Both the position numbers and the translations under genes were made by a program. A DNA stretch of 32,980 nucleotides from the NCBI GenBank assembly GCA_013349735.1, contig DUZC01000001.1:1-32980 (forward strand), read 5' to 3'. This DNA comes from Rhodospirillaceae bacterium. GTDB taxonomy: Bacteria; Pseudomonadota; Alphaproteobacteria; Rhodospirillales; Magnetospirillaceae. This document shows positions 26,176 to 32,980 of this stretch, piece by piece; position 1 is the first letter of the stretch; every line of letters starts with the position of its first letter. The notes under the pieces are model-generated. The model had not been told where the DNA came from. It made no database searches and saw nothing but the letters and a program-made list of their open reading frames with translations.

Positions 26176-26176
26176 C

Positions 26177-27031
26177 TTAGAACAGGCTATGGCGCAGCAG
26201 ATACCAGATCTTTTCCAGTTTTGGCACACGAATAAGTCGCGGCGTTGGCTGCCAACCCAGGGCCTCACCGCGACGGAATATGGCGTGATAGCTGTCCAAC
26301 ATGATCCTGGCCGGACGCATCGCTGAGGACGGACAAAGCTGCATGGCCGCCTGGGTTTCGGCATAATGACCCCGAGCGATATTGGCCAAATCCCGGCAGG
26401 CCGCCGAGGTGCGGGGATGCGCCAGAACCAGCAGGGGATCCCGTTCATCGATGCCATGGGCGGAAAGCAACTCGTCCGGCAAATAAAGACGTCCGATCTG
26501 GGCATCCACCCAAACATCACGTAAAATGTTGGTCAGTTGCAAAGCGCGGCCCTGATGGTTGGCAACATCGATCGCCGCCGGCACGAAATCACCGAAAATC
26601 CGCACCGACAAACGCCCCACCGCACAGGCCACCCGATCACAATACAGGTCAAGCGTGGCCATATCCGGACGGACCAGCCCCGCGCCGACATCCATAGCGC
26701 AGCCATCCACCACCGCCAAAAAATCCTGTTGCTCAAGATGGAAGTCCTTGATCGCTGGCATCAAAGCCCGGGCCAACGCAAAGGACGGCCTTTGGCCGGT
26801 ATAAAGCGCATCAATCGCCCGCCGCCATTGCGCCAATTGCTGCAATTTTTCGCCAGTGTCCCCTGGTTCGTCGGCAATATCATCAATTTCACGACAAAAG
26901 GCATAAACCGCATACATGGCCTGACGCTGCGCTTCACGCATCAAACGCATCGCCCAGTAAAATGAACTGCCCGAGCGACGGACCCGTTCCTCGACCATGG
27001 CAGCCAAACCCTGGGGCGAATCCTCCGTCAT
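26177..27031 (-). CDS. hpnD: Presqualene diphosphate synthase HpnD
   Basis: 284 aa, squalene/phytoene synthase family, with SSFYWAMRLM and YAFCREIDDIADE (first Asp-rich motif). The ATG overlaps the hpnC stop (ATGA at 27028-27031). Confidence 0.9.
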   Translation of the reverse strand: MTEDSPQGLAAMVEERVRRSGSSFYWAMRLMREAQRQAMYAVYAFCREIDDIADEPGDTGEKLQQLAQWRRAIDALYTGQRPSFALARALMPAIKDFHLEQQDFLAVVDGCAMDVGAGLVRPDMATLDLYCDRVACAVGRLSVRIFGDFVPAAIDVANHQGRALQLTNILRDVWVDAQIGRLYLPDELLSAHGIDERDPLLVLAHPRTSAACRDLANIARGHYAETQAAMQLCPSSAMRPARIMLDSYHAIFRRGEALGWQPTPRLIRVPKLEKIWYLLRHSLF

Positions 27032-27882
27032 CGTCCACCTCGCAGAAAAGCGCGTAACACCCCGGACGCAAAAGCGGAAATCAGTCCGGCCGGCCCCATC
27101 TTGACCCGAACCGCCAACGGGTCCTGACGCGCCAGACGTTCTGCCAACCCCCTGGCCAGAGAAACGATGACCGCCGATTCAGCCCGAAGGCCAAAATCTT
27201 TCAGACCATCTGGGAGCTCGCCCGCCTTTTCCACCAGCGGCCACGTCGCCTGCACCGCACGGTCAAGAACACGACGCAGCCCCGCAGATGACGCGGACGA
27301 AGCCAATGCGGTGACCGAAATATCCTCGGCAGTCAACCAATCCATAGGAAGGTAAACCCGATCAAGAGACCGGTAGTCATCCGCACAATCTTGCAAATGG
27401 TTGATCACCTGCAATGCTGCGCACAAGGCATCCGAGGCCGGCCATGTATCGCGCGACTCACCATGCAGATCAAGGAGATAGCGCCCAACGGGGGCCGCCG
27501 ACAGCCGGCAATAGCCCATCAATTCATCCCAGTCGGCATAACGGGTTTTTGTGGCATCCATACGAAACGCCGCCAACAATTCGTGACAGTGAACCGCATC
27601 GAGTCCCGTCTTGATCAGACTGGCCCGCATGGCCGTGGCAGCCGGCGCCTCGGGATCCACTGCCCCATCCAGAACCGCGGCCATACGATCCAGCCTGCGC
27701 AATTTATCGTCGGGCGACAGTTCCGCCGCATCAGCGACATCATCGGCGGTCCGCGCAAAGACATAATAGGCATGTACATGCGGGCGGTAGGGCGCCGCAA
27801 TCAGCAGGGAGCCCACCGGAAAATTCTCGTCTTTACTGCCTTTACCGGACGAAAATTCGACGCTGCCACGGTTCGGGCTCAT
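27028..27882 (-). CDS. hpnC: Hydroxysqualene synthase HpnC
   Basis: Squalene/phytoene synthase family with KDENFPVGSLLI and YVFARTADDVAD. I placed the start at the internal ATG 27880-27882, which overlaps the hpnB TGA (ATGA). The ORF-track start is at 27936. Confidence 0.9.
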   Translation of the reverse strand: MSPNRGSVEFSSGKGSKDENFPVGSLLIAAPYRPHVHAYYVFARTADDVADAAELSPDDKLRRLDRMAAVLDGAVDPEAPAATAMRASLIKTGLDAVHCHELLAAFRMDATKTRYADWDELMGYCRLSAAPVGRYLLDLHGESRDTWPASDALCAALQVINHLQDCADDYRSLDRVYLPMDWLTAEDISVTALASSASSAGLRRVLDRAVQATWPLVEKAGELPDGLKDFGLRAESAVIVSLARGLAERLARQDPLAVRVKMGPAGLISAFASGVLRAFLRGGR

Positions 27883-29024
27883 CTTTTGTCCTCGGCCTGC
27901 ATGCGCCCCTTCCATTCCCCACCCTTCCCCATCCAATGCCGCCTTGCCGAATCAAGGGTCGCGCCAAGATAAAACAGCGCAACCAACGGCAGCAAAAGCA
28001 GGGTTAAAACCGGGCGTCGATAAAACCGCGTCATTGGCCAATAGGCTAAGGACATGGCGGCCCATGCCAACAAACCCGGGACAAACCCCGCCGCCCCAAA
28101 CAGAACGACCATCGGCGGCAACAGAAAGCCAACGGTCATTGCCAGAACGGTTCCGGCCAGCAACCAGGGCGAACATTTTAACTGGGTATAGGCTGATCGC
28201 GCGATCATCATCCACAGTGACTTCCAGTCGTCATACCCGCGTAAACTGACCGTATGGTCTGCCAGGTCTAAGGACAGCCGCCCGCCCGCACGCTTAACCG
28301 CGGCGGCCAGGCTGCAGTCGTCGATCAGCGCATTTTGGACGGCCGCCAGACCGCCAATCCGCTCCAGCATAGCCCGTCGAATCAGAATATAGCCGCCCGC
28401 CGCTGCCGCTGTCGGACGAGACGCATCGCCAACCCAGCGAAAGGGGTAAAGCAGGCGAAAGAAAAACACGAAGGCGGGAATAATCGCCTGCTCAATCCAG
28501 TTGGAGGTCGCCAGACGCACCATCAAAGATGCCATATCGCGCTGCTCAGCCAACAGACGGGCGACCATACGCCGCAATTCGCTGGCATGATGTGCGATAT
28601 CGGCATCGGTCAACAACCATAGCTCAGCCTCAGGATGCTGTCTGACCGCCATTTCCAGAGCTTGGGATTGCGCCCACATCTTGCCGCTCCACCCTGACGG
28701 CAAGGGGGGCGCCTGCAGCACCGACAGACGGTCCTCGGCACCCATCACCCCAGCCGCCGCCAGAGCAACCGAGGCCGTGCCATCCTGGCTCGCGTCGTCT
28801 GCTACCACCACCGACAAAAATCCGGGATAATCCTGACCAAGCAACGAGGTCACGGCAGCACCAATGACCGTAGCCTCGTCCCTGGCCGGGATCACGGCCA
28901 CCACTTCCGGCCAGGAGCTTGGTTCGGGACAGGAGGAAACCGGCTCAACAATCCAGAACCGCCCCCGGAACAACAGCAGCCATCCCCAGGCCAGTCCGGA
29001 AATCCAGGTCAGGGCCGTGATCAT
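27879..29024 (-). CDS. hpnB: Hopene-associated glycosyltransferase HpnB (GT2 family)
   Basis: VAVIPARDEATVIGAAVTSLLGQDYPG...VVADDASQDGT (GT2 DxD region) plus C-terminal TM helices. I favour the ATG at 29022-29024, which overlaps the hpnA TGA (ATGA). An alternative ATG lies 2 codons upstream at 29030. Confidence 0.8.
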   Translation of the reverse strand: MITALTWISGLAWGWLLLFRGRFWIVEPVSSCPEPSSWPEVVAVIPARDEATVIGAAVTSLLGQDYPGFLSVVVADDASQDGTASVALAAAGVMGAEDRLSVLQAPPLPSGWSGKMWAQSQALEMAVRQHPEAELWLLTDADIAHHASELRRMVARLLAEQRDMASLMVRLATSNWIEQAIIPAFVFFFRLLYPFRWVGDASRPTAAAAGGYILIRRAMLERIGGLAAVQNALIDDCSLAAAVKRAGGRLSLDLADHTVSLRGYDDWKSLWMMIARSAYTQLKCSPWLLAGTVLAMTVGFLLPPMVVLFGAAGFVPGLLAWAAMSLAYWPMTRFYRRPVLTLLLLPLVALFYLGATLDSARRHWMGKGGEWKGRMQAEDKR

Positions 29025-30013
29025 GGGCAATAGCCGGCGGCCCGGAACCAGGCCAAGGCATCGTCCAAGGCTTCAATAGCCGGCCGATGCGTGTAACCCA
29101 GCGCCTGTTCCGCTTTGGCTGAGGTGAACCACATGCGCCAGCGCGCCATCTTCAAGGCATCGATGGTGACCATCGGCTCCCGGCCCGACAGACTGGCCCA
29201 AAGTTCCGCCATGGCCGCCAACGGAAATAAGGGCAGGCGTGGCAGTCTGATCGTGGGGGGGCGCCGCCCGGCGCGGCTGGCGATATGACTGAGAATATCA
29301 GCAAGCGACAGGTTCTCACCGCCCAGAATATAGCGCTCGCCCACAACGCCGTGATCCAACGCCAAAAGATGCCCTTGGGCCACGTCATCAACATGAACAA
29401 TATTAAGTCCGGTATCGATATAGGCCGGCATTCGGCCTGAAGCCGAATCGACAACGATACGTCCGGTCGGCGTCGGTTTGATATCCCGAGGCCCAATCGG
29501 AGTCGAAGGATTGACGACGACCGCCGGCAAGCCCTCTGATGCGACCAAGCGCAATACCTCCGCCTCGGCCAGAAATTTCGACTGTTTATAGGGACCAACC
29601 ATATCGGCAAGGCAGCTGGGGGTGTTCTCGTCAGCGACCCCCTCGGCCGCATGCCCAAGCACAGCCACCGAACTGGTGTAAACAACGCGCTGCACCCCCA
29701 CAGCCATCGCCGCTTCCATCAGTGCCTTGGTCCCATCGATATTGGCGCGCATCATCTGGCCGGGGTCAGGGACCCACAGCCGGTAATCGGCAGCCACGTG
29801 AAAAACATAGCGGCAATCGGCCACGGCGCCTTTCAGAGAACCGGGATCCTCAAGACTTCCTTCGACCACTTCAAGCGACAATCCGGCCAGATTGCGCCGA
29901 TCGCTTCCCGGTCTGGCTAAAACACGAACCGGATAACCACGCGCCAGCAACGCCCTGCTGACGGCAGAACCAAGAAATCCGGTTGCCCCGGTAACTAAAG
30001 TTCGATTTTCCAT
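29021..30013 (-). CDS. hpnA: Hopanoid-associated sugar epimerase HpnA (NAD-dependent epimerase/dehydratase, SDR)
   Basis: 330 aa with the Rossmann motif LVTGATGFLGSAV and the YxxxK motif (YKQSKFLAE). It is the first gene of the hpn block. Confidence 0.85.
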   Translation of the reverse strand: MENRTLVTGATGFLGSAVSRALLARGYPVRVLARPGSDRRNLAGLSLEVVEGSLEDPGSLKGAVADCRYVFHVAADYRLWVPDPGQMMRANIDGTKALMEAAMAVGVQRVVYTSSVAVLGHAAEGVADENTPSCLADMVGPYKQSKFLAEAEVLRLVASEGLPAVVVNPSTPIGPRDIKPTPTGRIVVDSASGRMPAYIDTGLNIVHVDDVAQGHLLALDHGVVGERYILGGENLSLADILSHIASRAGRRPPTIRLPRLPLFPLAAMAELWASLSGREPMVTIDALKMARWRMWFTSAKAEQALGYTHRPAIEALDDALAWFRAAGYCP

Positions 30014-30231
30014 GAGCTGTAGTTATATCTTTTGCCTCAGTTTCTCTAGCCCGGATTTCTAACAGTTTGACAAGAAACGATATCGGCCGGCTTGCAGCTA
30101 GCGAGTTGCCAGCGTAAACTGCCCGGCTCCGCGATTTGGATGACCAACAGCACGTCTGGGAGAACCAACTTGGCTAATAATGTCGCCCGGGGCTGCCATT
30201 GCATCCCAGGCAAAGCAGGAGCATTGGGGTC

Positions 30232-31119
30232 GTGACCAACTTGAACGAATGTCTTTCCGCCACCGGCGTGGCGATGAATAAAGAGTTGGAACGGCTTTTG
30301 CCAATCAGCGAGGGACCTGAGGGCCGTCTGCAAGCAGCCATGCGTTATGCCTGTCTCGACGGCGGAAAGCGGCTTCGACCCTTTTTTGTTTTGCAGACGG
30401 CACAGTTATTTAATGTCGCCAATCAGGCCGCCTTACGCGTGGCCGCGGCTATCGAGCTGGTGCATTGCTACTCTCTGGTCCATGACGACCTTCCCGCCAT
30501 GGATGATGACGATTTGCGCCGTGGCCGGCCTACCTGTCACAAAGCCTTTGACGAAGCGACGGCGATCCTTGCCGGTGACGCCCTTCTGACCAAGGCCTTC
30601 GAAGTGGTTGCGGCCCCGCCCACCCACTCGGATCCTGCGGTTCGCGCCGAATTGGTTCTGGCTTTGGCTGAGGCGTCCGGCGATCGGGGGATGGTCGGCG
30701 GCCAGATGTTCGATCTGATGGCGGGCGAAATCACCATGGACGTCGCGGCGGTCACCCGCTTGCAAAACCTCAAGACGGGCCGTCTGATCGGTTTCTCCTG
30801 TGAAGCTGGCGCCATTCTCGGCAAGGCCCCGCACCAGCAGCGCCAGGCCTTGCGCGCTTATGCCCATGATGTCGGGCTGGCCTTCCAAATCGCTGATGAC
30901 CTTTTGGACATTGAGGGAGACCCCGAAAAGGTTGGCAAAGAGTTGCGCAAGGATGCCGAGGCCGGCAAGGCGACCTTTGTGTCCTTGCTCGGGGTCGAGC
31001 GGGCACGCGCTCAGGCGGACCATTTGTGGCGCCAGGCCGCGGCGCATCTTGATGTCTTTGACGAAAAAGCGGATCTGCTGCGTGAAGCGGCCCGTTTTGT
31101 CGTTGAACGCAAGCTTTAG
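30232..31119 (+). CDS. ispA: (2E,6E)-farnesyl diphosphate synthase (short-chain trans-prenyltransferase)
   Basis: [24 protein letters not shown] and [14 protein letters not shown] favour the GTG start at 30232, with AGGAG 10 nt upstream, giving about 295 aa. The ORF-track TTG is at 30199, and an alternative ATG is at 30274. Confidence 0.88.
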   Translation: MTNLNECLSATGVAMNKELERLLPISEGPEGRLQAAMRYACLDGGKRLRPFFVLQTAQLFNVANQAALRVAAAIELVHCYSLVHDDLPAMDDDDLRRGRPTCHKAFDEATAILAGDALLTKAFEVVAAPPTHSDPAVRAELVLALAEASGDRGMVGGQMFDLMAGEITMDVAAVTRLQNLKTGRLIGFSCEAGAILGKAPHQQRQALRAYAHDVGLAFQIADDLLDIEGDPEKVGKELRKDAEAGKATFVSLLGVERARAQADHLWRQAAAHLDVFDEKADLLREAARFVVERKL

Positions 31120-31133
31120 AGGCGGCTTCCGTT

Positions 31134-32980
31134 ATGAGCAATAAGCCGATTCTTGATGGGCTGCGCCAACCTTCGGACATCCGCCGAATGTCGTTGGATC
31201 AATTGCATCAGCTGGTTGACGAGCTGCGTCAGGATCTGATCGAGACGGTTTCGGTGACCGGCGGCCATCTGGGGGCCGGCCTTGGTGTGGTCGAACTGAC
31301 GGTGGCGCTGCATCATGTTTTTCATACACCGGAAGATCGGCTGATCTGGGATGTCGGGCATCAGGCCTATCCCCACAAGATCCTGACCGGACGGCGCAGC
31401 CGCATGCGCACGCTGCGCCAGGGTGGCGGTCTGTCCGGCTTTACCAACCGCTCGGAAAGCGTTTATGACCCCTTCGGCGCCGGCCATTCCTCGACCAGCA
31501 TTTCCGCCGGCCTCGGCATGGCGGTGGCCCGCGACCTCAAAGGCGGCGACAATCATGTGATCGCGGTAATCGGCGATGGTTCGATGAGCGCTGGCATGGC
31601 CTATGAGGCGCTGAACAATGCCGGTTCGATGAAGTCCCGGCTGGTGGTCATCCTCAATGACAATGACATGTCGATTGCGCCACCGGTCGGCGCGATGAGC
31701 GACTATCTGTCACGGTTGTTGTCGTCAAAATCCTATCACTCCATCCGTCATGTCATGAAAGATCTTGCGCATCTGTTCCCCGGCCCGCTGGAACGCGCGG
31801 CCCGACGCGCCGAAGAGTTCGCCCGCGGCATGGTCTCGGGCGGTGGCACCTTATTTGAGGAGCTGGGCTTTTACTATGTCGGACCGGTGGATGGGCATAA
31901 TCTCGACCATCTGCTGCCGGTCCTGAAGAATGTCCGCGACGTCGAAGATGCGGCACCGATCCTGGTGCATCTGGTCACCAAGAAGGGGCGCGGCTATGCG
32001 CCGGCTGAGGCCTCGGCCGATAAATATCATGGCGTCGGGAAATTTGATGTGGTGACAGGGGCTTTGGCCAAGCCCAAAGCCAATGCGCCTTCTTATACGT
32101 CGGTTTTTTCCCGCGCCCTGCTGGCCGAAGCCAGACGCGACGACCGCATTGTCGCCATCACGGCGGCCATGCCCGGCGGCACCGGGCTGGACAAATTGCA
32201 GGCGGAATTTCCCAACCGCTGTTTCGATGTCGGCATCGCCGAGCAGCATGCGGTAACCTTTGCCGCCGGTCTGGCCACCGAGGGGCTGAAGCCGTTTTGC
32301 GCCATTTACTCGACCTTTCTGCAACGCGGCTATGACCAGATCGTCCATGATGTGGTGCTGCAGGCCTTGCCGGTGCGCTTTATTCTTGACCGCGCCGGAC
32401 TGGTCGGCGCCGATGGCGCCACCCATGCCGGAAGTTTCGATCTGGCCTTTCTCGGCTGCCTGCCGGGCATGATCATCATGGCCCCGTCGGACGAAGCCGA
32501 GCTGATGCATGCGGTGGCCACTCTGGCCAGCATCGACGACCGCCCCTCGGCCCTGCGCTATCCGCGCGGCGAAGGGGTTGGGATTGAGCTTCCCGAACGG
32601 GGCCAGGTCCTGCCGATCGGCAAGGGCCGGGTTCTGCGCCAGGGCAATCGGGTGGCCCTTTTGTCGCTGGGCACCCGCCTTGCCGAATGCCAGAAAGCCG
32701 CCGACGAACTCGCCAGTCGCGGTCTCTCCACCACCGTGGCCGATGCCCGCTTTGCCAAGCCCCTGGACGAAGAGATGGTGGCCGAACTCGCTCGCAGCCA
32801 TGACCTGCTGGTCACCGTCGAAGAGGGCTCGATCGGCGGCTTCGCCACCCAGGTCATGCATTTCCTGGCCCATGCCGGGCTGCTCGAGAAGGGGCTCAAA
32901 TTGCGGCCGATGGTCTTGCCGGACCGCTTCATTGAACATAACACCCAGGACCTGCAATATGACGAGGCCGGCCTCAACGC
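31134..32980 (+). CDS. dxs: 1-deoxy-D-xylulose-5-phosphate synthase (3' end cut by the window edge; not in the ORF track)
   Basis: Manual translation from the ATG at 31134 gives [88 protein letters not shown] and then ...[25 protein letters not shown] (TPP-binding GDG). The frame stays open to the window end, and the start is 14 nt after the ispA stop. Confidence 0.95.
   Translation, partial: MSNKPILDGLRQPSDIRRMSLDQLHQLVDELRQDLIETVSVTGGHLGAGLGVVELTVALHHVFHTPEDRLIWDVGHQAYPHKILTGRRSRMRTLRQGGGLSGFTNRSESVYDPFGAGHSSTSISAGLGMAVARDLKGGDNHVIAVIGDGSMSAGMAYEALNNAGSMKSRLVVILNDNDMSIAPPVGAMSDYLSRLLSSKSYHSIRHVMKDLAHLFPGPLERAARRAEEFARGMVSGGGTLFEELGFYYVGPVDGHNLDHLLPVLKNVRDVEDAAPILVHLVTKKGRGYAPAEASADKYHGVGKFDVVTGALAKPKANAPSYTSVFSRALLAEARRDDRIVAITAAMPGGTGLDKLQAEFPNRCFDVGIAEQHAVTFAAGLATEGLKPFCAIYSTFLQRGYDQIVHDVVLQALPVRFILDRAGLVGADGATHAGSFDLAFLGCLPGMIIMAPSDEAELMHAVATLASIDDRPSALRYPRGEGVGIELPERGQVLPIGKGRVLRQGNRVALLSLGTRLAECQKAADELASRGLSTTVADARFAKPLDEEMVAELARSHDLLVTVEEGSIGGFATQVMHFLAHAGLLEKGLKLRPMVLPDRFIEHNTQDLQYDEAGLN

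Noticed and set aside
30014-30231. Possible small xseB-like ORF upstream of ispA, as in the E. coli xseB-ispA-dxs arrangement.
   Set aside because: The 218-bp spacer contains no suitable open frame of about 70-80 codons.
31851-32957. 368-aa minus-strand ORF (also 31116-31556 and 32558-32977) that could be read as a gene.
   Set aside because: It lies antisense to an unmistakable dxs reading frame (GDG TPP motif and a conserved N-terminus). Its product is Gly/Arg/Ala/Gln-rich and low in complexity. This is a typical high-GC shadow ORF.
1-32980. Scan for CRISPR repeats, tandem repeats, IS ends or transposases, integrases, toxin-antitoxin pairs and known defence-system signatures.
   Set aside because: I found no regularly spaced direct repeats, terminal inverted repeats, recombinase motifs or defence-type ATPase, nuclease or TIR genes. 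Apart from the pilin gene region, composition appears uniform by eye.

Overview
This is a high-GC, core-chromosome-like window. The gene content looks alphaproteobacterial (Suv3-like helicase, S4 protein, fdxA and carD in a row, plus hpn genes), but that assignment is inference. It is densely coding, and I saw no rRNA, tRNA, CRISPR array, IS element, integrase or phage genes. In order, it contains: (1) an edge-truncated heme-copper-oxidase subunit I-like gene that is absent from the ORF track, preceded by a stand-alone type IVb (bundlin/TcpA-like) pilin gene; (2) a rhodanese and TauE/SafE pair; (3) a complete System I cytochrome c maturation operon, ccmABCDEFGHI, on the minus strand; (4) acnB, then a LysR regulator divergent from a YdeN-type serine hydrolase; (5) a stress, ribosome and RNA group made of htpG, an HPF/RaiA protein, a Suv3-like helicase, an Hsp15-like S4 protein, fdxA and carD; (6) a metallophosphoesterase-like protein with degenerate catalytic motifs, followed by pip; (7) a hopanoid operon hpnA-hpnB-hpnC-hpnD-shc-hpnG that lacks hpnE and hpnH and is divergent from ispA-dxs. 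No clear-cut novel multi-gene system is visible. The best leads are the orphan pilin paired with the HCO-like gene, the pseudo-phosphatase, the long unassigned C-terminal region of the Suv3-like helicase, the hairpin covering the shc ribosome-binding site, and the structured fdxA-carD spacer. Several ORF-track starts are over-extended. I re-placed them using 4-nt ATGA/GTGA stop-start overlaps and Shine-Dalgarno (SD) spacing.
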